DNA of 64,000 nt from Bdellovibrionota bacterium. Lineage in GTDB: Bacteria; Bdellovibrionota_C; UBA2361; CALJRW01. Where the stretch lies: assembly GCA_041740355.1 (NCBI GenBank), contig JBGSMD010000011.1:1-64000 (forward strand). Direction: 5' to 3'. This document shows positions 18,453-28,702 of the stretch, one piece after another; positions within the stretch are counted from its first letter, which is position 1, and each line of letters begins with the position of its first letter. The notes beneath the pieces were generated by a model. The model had not been told where the DNA came from. It made no database searches and was given only the letters and a program-made list of their open reading frames with translations. Position numbers and translations under genes: made by a program.

Positions 18453-20435
18453 ATGTCCAGTTCCCACGCCCATCATTCACATTCCGATCCCTTAACTGCA
18501 TTTCTAGGAAAAAATGCCGAAATAATTTTTAGTATCCTAGCTGGAATTTTATTAGTCTTTGGATACATCTTAGAAAATTTTTTAGATGCTCCTAAAATCA
18601 TAAGCTTAACCTGTAATTTAACTAGTTATTTTTTTGGTGGTTACTATACGATTCAAGAAGCAATTCACTCATTAAGACATGGAAAGTTTGAAATAGATTT
18701 CTTGATGGTAGTTGCTGCAATTGGTGCTGGCATTCTTGGTGCTTGGTCGGAAGGTGCCTTATTATTATTTCTTTTTAGTATGGGCCATGCGCTTGAGCAT
18801 CGAGCTTTAGATAAAGCCAAAAAATCGATAGCCGCACTTTCGGGACTTGCTGCTAAAACTGCTCTTTTAAAGGTTGGCAGTGAGTTCCAAGAAATTTCTG
18901 TTAAAAAATTAGTTATTGGGAATATCATTTTAGTCAAACCAAATACTAAAATTGCAGCGGATGGAGTCGTAGTTAGTGGCAGCAGTAGCGTTAATCAGGC
19001 TCCTATTACTGGTGAAAGTATGCCAGTAGAAAAAACAGAAATTCCAAATCGAAATTTTGAAATTTCGGAAGTTTCCAGACTAGATCCAAAATATCGAGTA
19101 TTTGCTGGAACAATTAATGGAAATTCTTCCTTGGAAGTTAGTGTTTCAAAATTAGCGGAAGATTCTACCCTGTCTCGTCTGATTAAGATGGTGAACGAAG
19201 CGCAACAGCAAAAATCAGAGACTCAAATCTTAGCTGACAAAGTCCAGAAGTATTACGTACCAGCGCTGCTAATTTTGGTTGTCTCATTATGTTTTGCTTT
19301 CTTAGTAGTGGATGAAACCTTTGCTCGAAGTTTTTACCGAGCAATTAGTGCTCTAGTCGCAGCTAGACCTTGCGCTTTGGCGATTGCCACACCGAGCGCC
19401 GTCTTAAGTGGAATTGCCAGAGCAGCGCGCGATGGAGTATTAATTAAAGGAGGGCGTCCACTTGAGGAACTTGGAAAATTAACCGCCTTGGCCTTAGATA
19501 AAACAGGGACAATCACTGAAGGTAAACCTAAGTTAACAGATGTGATCACTTTTAATAACATTTCTGAAACTGAGTTATTAAAGTTAGTAGTTGCGGTGGA
19601 GAGCTTGAGCAATCATCCTTTAGCACGGGCGATAGTCAATGATGGTAAGTTAAAGCTTGTGGATCAACAAGTTCCTGTGGCAACTGAATCTCAAGAAATT
19701 AATGGGAAGGGTCTTTCGGCCGAAGTCTCAGGGCAAGAAGTTTATATTGGCAATTTAGAATTATTTACTACGGGCAGCTTACCTGAGCCAAGTCCAGAGG
19801 TCCTTGCAAAAATGCAAGAATTACAGAGAAATGGTCGAACTTCAATGCTTGTTATGCAATCCAAAGTTTATGTCGGACTACTTGGAATGATGGATGTGCC
19901 GAGAGCAGAAGCTAAAGAGGCTATCGCAAATTTAAAAAATTTAGGCATTAAAAAAATTATAATGCTTACTGGCGATCATCAAGAAGTAGCTGAGGCGATT
20001 GCTAAAACAGTTGGCATTACGGATGTCTATGGAAGTCTTTTGCCGGAAGAGAAAGTTATCGCAGTTAAAAAATTACGGGAAACAGAGAAAATGTTAGCAA
20101 TGGTTGGGGATGGTGTAAATGATGCTCCAGCTATGGCTAATAGTACGGTGGGCATTTCCATGGGGGCCGCTAGTAGCGATGTTGCTTTAGAAACTGCGGA
20201 TATAGCCTTACTTGGAGACAATTTAAAATTACTTCCCTTTGCCATTGGGCTTAGTCGGCAGGCACGTTTAATTATCAGACAGAATCTTGTAATTAGCTTA
20301 GGAATGGTAGCAGTTTTGCTACCACTAACTATCTTTGACATTGCGTCCATTGGCCCTGCGGTGATTGCTCATGAAGGTTCTACTATTGTCGTAGTCTTAA
20401 ATGCATTAAGGCTTCTCGGCTATCAGAAACAATAG
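18453..20435 (+). CDS. Heavy-metal-translocating P1B-type ATPase (P1B-4-like)
   Basis: TGES, DKTGT, NHP, GDGVNDAPA, HEGST in the last TM, His-rich N-terminus; TM metal motif reads RPC. Confidence 0.93.
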   Translation: MSSSHAHHSHSDPLTAFLGKNAEIIFSILAGILLVFGYILENFLDAPKIISLTCNLTSYFFGGYYTIQEAIHSLRHGKFEIDFLMVVAAIGAGILGAWSEGALLLFLFSMGHALEHRALDKAKKSIAALSGLAAKTALLKVGSEFQEISVKKLVIGNIILVKPNTKIAADGVVVSGSSSVNQAPITGESMPVEKTEIPNRNFEISEVSRLDPKYRVFAGTINGNSSLEVSVSKLAEDSTLSRLIKMVNEAQQQKSETQILADKVQKYYVPALLILVVSLCFAFLVVDETFARSFYRAISALVAARPCALAIATPSAVLSGIARAARDGVLIKGGRPLEELGKLTALALDKTGTITEGKPKLTDVITFNNISETELLKLVVAVESLSNHPLARAIVNDGKLKLVDQQVPVATESQEINGKGLSAEVSGQEVYIGNLELFTTGSLPEPSPEVLAKMQELQRNGRTSMLVMQSKVYVGLLGMMDVPRAEAKEAIANLKNLGIKKIIMLTGDHQEVAEAIAKTVGITDVYGSLLPEEKVIAVKKLRETEKMLAMVGDGVNDAPAMANSTVGISMGAASSDVALETADIALLGDNLKLLPFAIGLSRQARLIIRQNLVISLGMVAVLLPLTIFDIASIGPAVIAHEGSTIVVVLNALRLLGYQKQ

Positions 20436-21497
20436 TTAGTCATTCTCTAGTTTGTAGACAACTTGGGGAATGCCTGAATAAAGATTCAATTGATTAAATA
20501 TAAACCGATGCTTATCGATATTAATTCCCGATTTAATTTTGGAAATTGGATCCGCCTCTGCTAGTGCTACTGCTAGTAATTTCAGGGCATAATATCCTAA
20601 ATCGGCATTAAGGTATGGCTCCTTATTATATTTGGCTCTGAATTTTTCAATAAACGTAAGATCAAAAGCGGCTCGCTTGCTGTAGTAAATATTTTTAAAA
20701 GGAGCAAGATCTACTAGTTTATCACGCTGAACATCCGTAGCTATTGAATTTGTAATAATATTTATTTCAGTTAGACCAGCTTCCTTTAATTTTCTAAGAA
20801 TAGTTGCAAGCCCGGCTGGTTGTCCATCAACATACACAACATCGGGGTTTAACTTTTTAAGCTTAAGGACGATATCACTTGCGTTGGGAATATTAATGTC
20901 AGTATATTCAAGTGCGCCAAGAAACTCTCTACTATCTTTTGAAAAAGTAGTTTCCATTGACTTTGCTAGCGTTGCGCCAAATCCAGAGGTGTAGCGAATA
21001 ATGGCACCTTTCTTCCAGCCCTGCTTTTTTATCAAGGGCTCATAAACATTAATCCATTCTCGCAAATCACCTTGTAGTAGAAAATAATTTTTCCCAGAAA
21101 TTACATCCGCATTGTAAAGAGTTTCACAAGACATTAGTGGCAATTTATCTTTTTCTGATTGTTTAACTATAGAGTTAATCCACCAGGATCCACCAATAAT
21201 TCCTTGCACCTGATTAATATTCTTTAATTTGTTATAAGCTAATGCCGTATTTTTAGTTAGAGATCCATCATCCTCAACTTGTAAGTCGATAGTAATACCT
21301 TGAGCATTGAGTTCGTCAACGGCAAGCTTGGCACCTTCTAAAACGGCATTTCCGTAATTTGCAGCAAAGGAACTTAATGATCCGATAAATCCAATTTTGA
21401 TTTCCTGATTAGTATTTTCTTTCTCAGCCCAGGCGGTGTTTAAATTTGGTAAAATAATTAGGAAGGTTAAAATAATTCCTAGTCGTAATTTATTCAT
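20436..21497 (-). CDS. LivJ/LivK-like (type 1) periplasmic substrate-binding protein
   Basis: Signal peptide, IKIGFIGSLS...YGNAVLEGAKLAVDELN..VEDD. Confidence 0.85.
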   Translation of the reverse strand: MNKLRLGIILTFLIILPNLNTAWAEKENTNQEIKIGFIGSLSSFAANYGNAVLEGAKLAVDELNAQGITIDLQVEDDGSLTKNTALAYNKLKNINQVQGIIGGSWWINSIVKQSEKDKLPLMSCETLYNADVISGKNYFLLQGDLREWINVYEPLIKKQGWKKGAIIRYTSGFGATLAKSMETTFSKDSREFLGALEYTDINIPNASDIVLKLKKLNPDVVYVDGQPAGLATILRKLKEAGLTEINIITNSIATDVQRDKLVDLAPFKNIYYSKRAAFDLTFIEKFRAKYNKEPYLNADLGYYALKLLAVALAEADPISKIKSGINIDKHRFIFNQLNLYSGIPQVVYKLEND

Positions 21498-21625
21498 AAT
21501 TCGATTCCAAAACTTGATTTAGAGTGAATTTAACAGATTAATTTATAAATCACAGCAACAAATATTTATTAATTAGCAACTTGAGTCCAACGTTTTCGAT
21601 TTAATCTTTTTAATTTGTTTGGATC

Positions 21626-22300
21626 ATGAGATTACTTGATTATTTACTTCCAAGTCGCTGTCTAGTTTGTAATCTAGAATGTTCTGCAAGTCTCTGTGCT
21701 CAATGTTATCCTGAAATTGTGGATTATAAATTGAAGCGCTGTCCTAAATGTTTTCGACTCTGGGACTTATTTGACGATCGAGAGACCTGCGTAAAATGCC
21801 AGTTAAAACCATCATTAATTAATCAACGCAGATTCCTCTGGAATTATGGAGCAGTAACTAGAGATTATCTTAATACATTAAAGTATCGACCCAGTCGAAA
21901 GCTTTGTCAGATAGCAGCCGTTATTCTAGCCAACAATCAAAATAACTTATTTCCTAGTGTCACATGGAACTATAAACTAGCGGTTCCTAGTGATCGAAAG
22001 ATGCTTTGGAAGCGTGGATTTAACCAAGTAGAGTTATTAATTAAAAATCTGGATGGTGAGGATCTTACATCTCGAATGCAACATTTAGGATATAAGACGC
22101 CACAGTCAAAACTTAACCATCATGAACGGCTACAAAACGTTGCCCATATCTTTAAGTTTAAGGAGCGTTTGGATGGTAGTAATATATTGCTAGTTGATGA
22201 TATGGTAACTACAGGTGCCACAGTAGAGGCAATTAGTGCTCAGCTCGTGCACGCTGGAGCACAGGAAATTTATTTATTATCATTATCATCAAAATATTAA
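21626..22300 (+). CDS. comF: ComF-family phosphoribosyltransferase with double zinc ribbon
   Basis: Four CxxC pairs, RGFNQ, ILLVDDMVTTGAT. Confidence 0.9.
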   Translation: MRLLDYLLPSRCLVCNLECSASLCAQCYPEIVDYKLKRCPKCFRLWDLFDDRETCVKCQLKPSLINQRRFLWNYGAVTRDYLNTLKYRPSRKLCQIAAVILANNQNNLFPSVTWNYKLAVPSDRKMLWKRGFNQVELLIKNLDGEDLTSRMQHLGYKTPQSKLNHHERLQNVAHIFKFKERLDGSNILLVDDMVTTGATVEAISAQLVHAGAQEIYLLSLSSKY

Positions 22301-22307
22301 ACAACTT

Positions 22308-23069
22308 ATGAATGATCAGAAATTTACAGAACTAGTTGAGATTTTTAAAAGACTTAGAGATCCAGAAAAAGGTTGTCCTTGGGATATTAAACAAACACAT
22401 GAGTCACTAGTTCAATATTTAATCGAAGAGAGTTATGAATTAAAAGATGCCATTCAAAATCATCCTGAAAAAATCCAGGAAGAATTAGGGGACTTGTTAT
22501 TACAAGTAATGCTTCATAGTCAGATTGCCGACGACCAAGGGCGTTTTTCAGTTTATGGTGTTATTACTACTTTGTCCGAGAAACTTATTGAGCGTCATCC
22601 ACATGTTTTTGGTGAACTAGTAGTCACTGATGCGGAAGAAGTTAAAAAGAATTGGGATAAAATTAAAACAGAGAAGAATAAGACTAGTCGCTTAGCTGGA
22701 ATACCTAAATCTGCGCCAGCATTATTTCAAGCTGAATTGATCGGTAAGAAAGTTGCAGCAGCCAATTTTGATTGGAATGAGATTTCCGAGATAAAAGCTA
22801 AAATAAAGGAAGAACTTATAGAGTTTTTGGATAGCAAAGAAGGCAGTGCTCATGAAGCTGAAGAATTTGGAGACTTACTTTTTACTCTCGCTCAATATAG
22901 CCGTAAGTTAAACCTTTCTGCGGAAGATTGTTTGGTGGATGCTTGTAATAAATTTACAAAACGCTTTCAGGCAATGGAAGTAATGGCAGGTCAAGATTTA
23001 TCAGAGTTAGCTAAAGCAGATTTAGAAAAATTGTGGTCAAAGGTAAAACTCGCTGATTGTGGAAAATGA
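22308..23069 (+). CDS. mazG: Nucleoside triphosphate pyrophosphohydrolase MazG
   Basis: GCPWDIKQTHESL, IEESYE, EELGDLLLQV, RHPHVF, EEFGDLLF; start moved to ATG 22308 to avoid overlap with comF. Confidence 0.95.
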   Translation: MNDQKFTELVEIFKRLRDPEKGCPWDIKQTHESLVQYLIEESYELKDAIQNHPEKIQEELGDLLLQVMLHSQIADDQGRFSVYGVITTLSEKLIERHPHVFGELVVTDAEEVKKNWDKIKTEKNKTSRLAGIPKSAPALFQAELIGKKVAAANFDWNEISEIKAKIKEELIEFLDSKEGSAHEAEEFGDLLFTLAQYSRKLNLSAEDCLVDACNKFTKRFQAMEVMAGQDLSELAKADLEKLWSKVKLADCGK

Positions 23070-23995
23070 AAGCGATCAATACTTGGAAGCGTAGAAGCTG
23101 AATTTAAGTTCCAAAATTTATTATAAAAAATATGATCAAGTTTAAGATTGATTAGATAGCTATCAGCTTTCCATGTTTGAACAAGACCTTTTCCCCAGAG
23201 TGAATCGTAAGCACGTTCTTTCGTTGTAAACCAATTGTAACATTGACTGTGTGGAGTCGCTAAAAAGCTACCAACTACGATATGTGGTTCTTGGTTGTTC
23301 TTGACTAAAGTGGCTAATCGTCGGCAGTAGGCTTTGTTCGTATGAAAATTATCTTCGATTAAAGGATCAAGGGCATTAAGAAATAATAGTTTTGTTTTAG
23401 TTTCCTGATTTAATTCGATCCTTGCCACAAAATAACTAGGAAGGCTTTGTTGCTGATCGAAATTGTCTTGAATAATTTCCCATTTGAACTCGGTCAGCAA
23501 TAGTAAATCAAAATCAGCTTTGTGATACTCTAAGATTTTCATTTCAGCCGAAGTTCTAAGGGCTGAAATTAAATTTCCTGTGATTGACGGGTTATAATTT
23601 TTAATAATTAATACGTTAGCTTTTGTATCACTAATTTGTTGCTTCAGATTACTTAGCGAAGAAAGTGAATTTAACTTTGCAAAATACAAGTTAAGTGGTG
23701 GAGCTTTACTAGCCTGTGAGCTAGGGTAAGAATGTTTAAAGAAATAAAAGTTCTTTATTTCTGAAAAGATTCGAAAGTTAAGAACTAGTAATATTATTAC
23801 AGCAAAGAAAATAAATTTTTTACGATACCTTACAAGTTGGTAGGCTAGGAAAATTGTGAGAATTAACTGAATGCAAAGTAAATAGCTTTGCAAATTTGTC
23901 ACCAGATCTAAATAGAAGGAAACTGGTGGAGCGTAAGTTGCCAGATTTAAAAAAAGGCAAATAATTAAGGCTAGGAGAATTAAGATTTTTTCCAA
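22991..23995 (-). CDS. Membrane-anchored endonuclease/exonuclease/phosphatase (EEP)-fold protein, degenerate active site
   Basis: Three N-terminal TMs; IVVGSFLATPHS (GDFN position), TW, KLDHIFY, HFP. Confidence 0.65.
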   Translation of the reverse strand: MEKILILLALIICLFLNLATYAPPVSFYLDLVTNLQSYLLCIQLILTIFLAYQLVRYRKKFIFFAVIILLVLNFRIFSEIKNFYFFKHSYPSSQASKAPPLNLYFAKLNSLSSLSNLKQQISDTKANVLIIKNYNPSITGNLISALRTSAEMKILEYHKADFDLLLLTEFKWEIIQDNFDQQQSLPSYFVARIELNQETKTKLLFLNALDPLIEDNFHTNKAYCRRLATLVKNNQEPHIVVGSFLATPHSQCYNWFTTKERAYDSLWGKGLVQTWKADSYLINLKLDHIFYNKFWNLNSASTLPSIDRFHFPQSASFTFDHNFSKSALANSDKS

Positions 23996-24342
23996 TCAAA
24001 CACACCTTTTCGCCAAACATAAATTAAGCCTATTGCCAGAACCCCAATAAAACTCAGGACTCCTAAAAAGGCACTCCACCCTAGATTTAGGATGTTTACA
24101 GCCCAAGGGTACATAAAGACAATTTCGATATCAAAAAGAATAAAAAGAACTGCAATTAAATAGAAACTAATATTAAAGCGAGTTTCACTCACTGATCCGA
24201 CAGGATTTGAACCACATTCGAAGGGTCCTTGTTTGGTCTTAGTCTTATTTTGAGGACCCAGAAAAATTGATAATAACAACATCGTGATAAGAAAGCCGGA
24301 GGTGGCAATGATTAGAGTTAAGATTCCCGCATATTCGTTCAT
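23980..24342 (-). CDS. nuoA: NADH-quinone oxidoreductase subunit A
   Basis: PFECG, FYLIAVLFILFDIEIVFMYPWA, YVWRKGVFDW. Confidence 0.95.
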   Translation of the reverse strand: MNEYAGILTLIIATSGFLITMLLLSIFLGPQNKTKTKQGPFECGSNPVGSVSETRFNISFYLIAVLFILFDIEIVFMYPWAVNILNLGWSAFLGVLSFIGVLAIGLIYVWRKGVFDWKKS

Positions 24343-24348
24343 ACAGGG

Positions 24349-24377
24349 AATATAATTTTAGCAGTGAAATCAGTCAA
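24349..24377 (-). promoter_or_regulatory. Putative sigma70 promoter giving a leaderless nuoA mRNA
   Basis: TTGACT-N17-TATATT ending 6 nt before the ATG. Confidence 0.55.
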
Positions 24378-24451
24378 GGCGAGCACTGGGCCACGACAAG
24401 TCAAGGAAATTAAGTCACTAATTCAAGACTTCCTTCATAATAGACAGTAAG

Positions 24452-24712
24452 ATGAATCCGACACCAAGTACATTAATAAAAAGATTATCTCTACCAGTTA
24501 TATTTACTGCAGTTGCTTTAAGTCTTGAAAATCTTGCTTCAGGATCTAATCCAGTAGATTTATCTCAGACAAGTTTCCAAGAACCTAGACAACAATTTAC
24601 AGAATCTGCTTTTAAAACCAAAGTCTTTTCAAGAGTAATGGCGACTTTTGGACTTGCAAGTATTATCATTGTTGGAGCAGTTTGGAGTATAGAGAGAAAA
24701 CAAAACTTATAG
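24452..24712 (+). CDS. Small hypothetical membrane protein
   Basis: 86-aa ORF filling an intergenic gap, two hydrophobic segments. Confidence 0.5.
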   Translation: MNPTPSTLIKRLSLPVIFTAVALSLENLASGSNPVDLSQTSFQEPRQQFTESAFKTKVFSRVMATFGLASIIIVGAVWSIERKQNL

Positions 24713-24792
24713 TATGCTACCCTACGTGGCGTCCCAATTAATTAGTTTCATACGTTTGTTGTATTTCTTTTCAGATTTTTTAATAAATTATT

Positions 24793-25842
24793 ATGTTCAA
24801 GTTATTATCCCTTTGCACATTAGTTCTAATAACAACAAATTTATTAGCGCAGCCCGAATTTAAAATTGGAGCAGTCCTGCCATTGAGTGGAGATGCACAA
24901 GCTTTTGGTCAAGAAGCTAGGATGGCACTGGAACATGCTCTGGCCGATAATCCTGGAAAGAAATATCAATACAAACTAGTTCTTGAAGATGATGAGCTCT
25001 CTCCAGCAAAAGCTTCTTTAGCAGCAAAAAAATTATTGGATATTGATGGTGCCAAGGTGATCTTCTCCAATTGGTCATACGGAGGAAATGCAGTTGCAAG
25101 TGCCCTGAAGAATAAAAAAGTACTAAATTTAGCATTTGCTTGGGATCAAAAAATATTAGAAGTTGGCAATAATAACTTTATAATGGCAGGTCCCCCCGAA
25201 GATTTGGCCCAAAAAATAATTCTAAAAATTAAAGCCGAAGAAAAGAAAAGTATTATCCTAATTGGATTTCAAGAAGCCGGAGTTGAGTTTGCATTTAATG
25301 CAATTGAAGATTTTGCACAAAAAAATGGGATTAAGGTCATAAAGCGTATTGAAATTAATCCTGCGGAGCAAGCTGATTTTCGAAGTTTACTAATGCAAAT
25401 TAAATCTTTGCAGCCGGAATACTTAGTGACCTGTTTGATTTATCCTCAAATGCTAGAGTTGCTTAAGCAAATGAAGATATTAAAAATTGATTTACCAATT
25501 GGAAGTATTGGCCAACCTCCTTTTGGCCCTGAGCTAAAGCCATTTCTCCCGAAGATTTGGTGGACGTTTGATTACTTTGCAAATCTTAAAGATCAGATCG
25601 CAATTTCGAAAAGGACAGGATTAAACGATATATCAGGCTATCCAAGTTATTATGAAGGATTGAAAGCGATTATTAAAATTTCCGAACAATATTCCTCCGA
25701 GGAAATACCATCGAATGATTATCTGCAAGAGGCACTGGAGAATTATAAAAGTGATAAATCTATACTCGGACAAATATCCTATGAAGGACGTCGTTTCCGC
25801 AGTGAGAATGCTCTTATGATTGATCAACTCGCTCGTTACTGA
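24793..25842 (+). CDS. LivJ/LivK-like periplasmic substrate-binding protein
   Basis: Signal peptide, FKIGAVLPLSGDAQAFG, LVLEDD, DFRSLLMQIK. Confidence 0.85.
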   Translation: MFKLLSLCTLVLITTNLLAQPEFKIGAVLPLSGDAQAFGQEARMALEHALADNPGKKYQYKLVLEDDELSPAKASLAAKKLLDIDGAKVIFSNWSYGGNAVASALKNKKVLNLAFAWDQKILEVGNNNFIMAGPPEDLAQKIILKIKAEEKKSIILIGFQEAGVEFAFNAIEDFAQKNGIKVIKRIEINPAEQADFRSLLMQIKSLQPEYLVTCLIYPQMLELLKQMKILKIDLPIGSIGQPPFGPELKPFLPKIWWTFDYFANLKDQIAISKRTGLNDISGYPSYYEGLKAIIKISEQYSSEEIPSNDYLQEALENYKSDKSILGQISYEGRRFRSENALMIDQLARY

Positions 25843-27364
25843 TCTTGTCAATCCAAAAGGCATCTCGTCCAATTAGAAAATAGTTGGTTATACCCGCATG
25901 TAAATTTAGTGATACAGGAGCCACATTTAGAACAACATATTCTTTAGAATAATTTTCGCTTTTACAAGTTAAACTTTTTCTAAAAAGAAATTCCAAACTT
26001 GGCTCCACACAAATATTTATACCTTGCTTATAAAGTTCTAAAATTAAGAGGGCGGTTATATTCCATGATTCTAAATGGGGCATTCTTAAACGATAGTTGA
26101 TCGTCGGATCAAAAATTTTAGTTTGCTGAGTAACGCTTTGTTCTAATTTGCAGTTCTTCGGTTCGTATCTACGAGAGAAATTGTAATTTGTCAGTCCGGC
26201 AACTAAGCAAGAACTTAAAATTATGTTCAATAACGGCGAACTTAAGACTTTCCATTTATTGCAGGTGAAAGATAAATTAGGAATTCTAAGCAGGTTTGCA
26301 ATTAATTTTTGGTAAACAATTATAGCTAAGGTAAAAGTTAATACTTGAGCCACGGCATAAAAGCTGAATAAATATCCATAATCATTACCTTTTAGACCAT
26401 ACGCAAAATAAATCGCAATTACATTAAGTATTAAGGTTAGCTGAGTTAAGAGTTTAAATTCGAAATCGAGCCGATGATAAGTGACAATGATACTTAACCA
26501 AATAAGAGAGAACCAAAGTGTGGAAAATGTAATATGTAGTTTTTTTGGCCAGAGATGATTAATAAAAATTTGGATGGTGTCTTGAAAAGAATTGGAATGT
26601 TGATTCAGGGAAAGGTAATTCCAAACCTTTAATGGATTCGAGTTGTCTTGATTAATTATTAAATCTAAAACTAGGGGAGCAGTAGAAACCAAAATGAGCG
26701 TGATGCTTAACAATATCGATCTTGACCAGACAAAATTATAGTTTCGCTTAAATAAATAATGTATTAATCCCCAGACAAAGAAAACTACGGCAATCATTGC
26801 ACCGATTAAATGATTAGAGGATACAAATATTGAGCTGATTGTGACAATCGGCAAATAGCCTTGTCCATAGATTATTAATGCGGGAAAGCTAATTGCTAAT
26901 AAAAGTAATGGTGCCGGCAGTGTACTTGGCCCCCAACTTCCAATGAAGTATGTCCTTAAAAAACAACAAATGACTGCAACTAGTAAAATTAAACAGTAAC
27001 TATTTTTTTTAGTTAAGCGCTTAAAAATTATTAAGCTTGCTAAAATACAAAATGAGTTAATTAAAAAACTAATTAATTGATACTTGCTCATCCAGTATTG
27101 GCTGAACCAAACGTATGGTTCCAGTAAGGCGTAGATATAAAAATAAGTTGGCAGTGGATGATTAAACTCAAAACGACTGTAAGGGCCAGAAAAGACAATC
27201 CCATCTTTAGCTTGCTCCACCGAGAGTGCTAGTAGCGCATAATCACCACTCTGAGGGCAAAAATATAATAACTGTTCCCAATTAAAATAAAGAAGCATAC
27301 CCATAAATAGAAATCCCAGGACGGGCACAGCAAAATTAAGTTTTTGGATATCTTTTGTGAACAT
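25814..27364 (-). CDS. Multipass membrane protein, possible GT-C-type glycosyltransferase
   Basis: 516 aa, >10 TMs, first loop SGDYA...GPYSRFEFNHP. Confidence 0.5.
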   Translation of the reverse strand: MFTKDIQKLNFAVPVLGFLFMGMLLYFNWEQLLYFCPQSGDYALLALSVEQAKDGIVFSGPYSRFEFNHPLPTYFYIYALLEPYVWFSQYWMSKYQLISFLINSFCILASLIIFKRLTKKNSYCLILLVAVICCFLRTYFIGSWGPSTLPAPLLLLAISFPALIIYGQGYLPIVTISSIFVSSNHLIGAMIAVVFFVWGLIHYLFKRNYNFVWSRSILLSITLILVSTAPLVLDLIINQDNSNPLKVWNYLSLNQHSNSFQDTIQIFINHLWPKKLHITFSTLWFSLIWLSIIVTYHRLDFEFKLLTQLTLILNVIAIYFAYGLKGNDYGYLFSFYAVAQVLTFTLAIIVYQKLIANLLRIPNLSFTCNKWKVLSSPLLNIILSSCLVAGLTNYNFSRRYEPKNCKLEQSVTQQTKIFDPTINYRLRMPHLESWNITALLILELYKQGINICVEPSLEFLFRKSLTCKSENYSKEYVVLNVAPVSLNLHAGITNYFLIGRDAFWIDKISNERVDQS

Positions 27365-27419
27365 GATTGGTCAAAGTCTAGCTTAAGCTAAGTGCGAGTA
27401 AAAGTGTTTTCTCGTTAAT

Positions 27420-28577
27420 TCAGGAACTTCTAAGCCAATAGAAATTATTCGGAAGTTGGTGAATTAAAACTAATAGTTTCAAAAGACTTTTTTGGGCGTA
27501 AGGCTCCTTAATCGAACCATATAAAATTGAATGTGTGACAGCTTGAATAATAGTTTCTTTCTGCTTTACTAAAAAATTATCCTTTAGTTCTATAAACAAG
27601 TCATTATAATATTTTTCAATAAAATGATCTAACTTCACTTGCCAGGAAAGTAATTCCGAATAGGAACTGACAGTATAGGCAAATCGCACAAACTCTTGGC
27701 AACCTTTTGATATTGGAGAATCGAATAATGGGAGTAAGATAAAGATTGATATTAATTTTAATCCTGAAATCTTTATAACTTGATCTGGATTCTTGCCTTT
27801 ACGACGCTGTGCTTTATACTGATCGGCTATAAATACAGAGAAAAAGTCATTAATTGCAGACTTTTCAGAGATCGTCATTTTATTTGCTAAATCAAAATCA
27901 CCAGCCATAGCTAATAATGTCGCATAACTAAATTCTAATCCCAAATGTGGTTGGATTGCTTGGCAAAGCTGCTGATAAGTTTTGTCAGCAAATAATGAAT
28001 TATTGACACGAGAAAATGCCCTGAGATTTTCTCTATTAATTGGTGCAAAAATTATCTGAGCGTCTAGGTCTGGAATTAACATAGAAATATATTTTTGGCT
28101 TGCGATGGTACTAAAGATACCTAATTGGGCCCTAAAAGAGCGACCTGTTTTTAAGATTGAGGATATTTTAGGACTTGGATCCAGTACTTTTATTACCCTA
28201 TTAAATTGCAGTCCTGTATGGGAAAGTTCTAATGATAAAGAATCAGTTGTTGGGAAATGACTACCAACTTTTAAGTTCTTTAAGGCATTCATTTTAGAGG
28301 CAGGTTCGAGTAAAGGAAGAAAAGTGAAAATATCACGATCTCCGATCCACTGTATCGGAGCAATCAGGGAGTTAATTGGAGCGATTAGCTCTGCTTCCAG
28401 TAGTTCATAGGTTGTTGATTCTCCAGACCAAACTAGTGAATCATCAGGTTTAAATTGATCACAAAACAAATCCTCAGGATCTGCAAATAGTAAGGGACAA
28501 GAAAAAAATGTAGTTAATAATACTAAGCAAACTTGGCTAAGAGACATGAATTTCAACTTTTTCTTAAATCCCACCAA
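27420..28577 (-). CDS. Hypothetical exported protein
   Basis: 385-aa ORF, signal-peptide-like N-terminus (alternative ATG start at 28547); divergent from the RT locus. Confidence 0.55.
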   Translation of the reverse strand: MVGFKKKLKFMSLSQVCLVLLTTFFSCPLLFADPEDLFCDQFKPDDSLVWSGESTTYELLEAELIAPINSLIAPIQWIGDRDIFTFLPLLEPASKMNALKNLKVGSHFPTTDSLSLELSHTGLQFNRVIKVLDPSPKISSILKTGRSFRAQLGIFSTIASQKYISMLIPDLDAQIIFAPINRENLRAFSRVNNSLFADKTYQQLCQAIQPHLGLEFSYATLLAMAGDFDLANKMTISEKSAINDFFSVFIADQYKAQRRKGKNPDQVIKISGLKLISIFILLPLFDSPISKGCQEFVRFAYTVSSYSELLSWQVKLDHFIEKYYNDLFIELKDNFLVKQKETIIQAVTHSILYGSIKEPYAQKSLLKLLVLIHQLPNNFYWLRSS

Positions 28578-28692
28578 GCTTCGATAATTAATTGATCGAG
28601 TTTCTTGTACATTTTAATCAACAAATTTTGAGAGTTTAACTTTAATTGGTTTTAGGACACTAATAAGTATAGTAACAAAGATTTTAATTGTA

Positions 28693-28698
28693 TATAAT
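28693..28698 (+). promoter_or_regulatory. -10 box of the putative RT-associated ncRNA
   Basis: Perfect TATAAT; the expected start site (~28704-28705) coincides with the 5' arm of the closing stem; -35 is weak. Confidence 0.5.
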
Positions 28699-28702
28699 TA
28701 AT

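Noticed and set aside
22236-22307. N-terminal extension of MazG in the ORF track
   Set aside because: It overlaps comF; ATG 22308 gives a typical MazG start.
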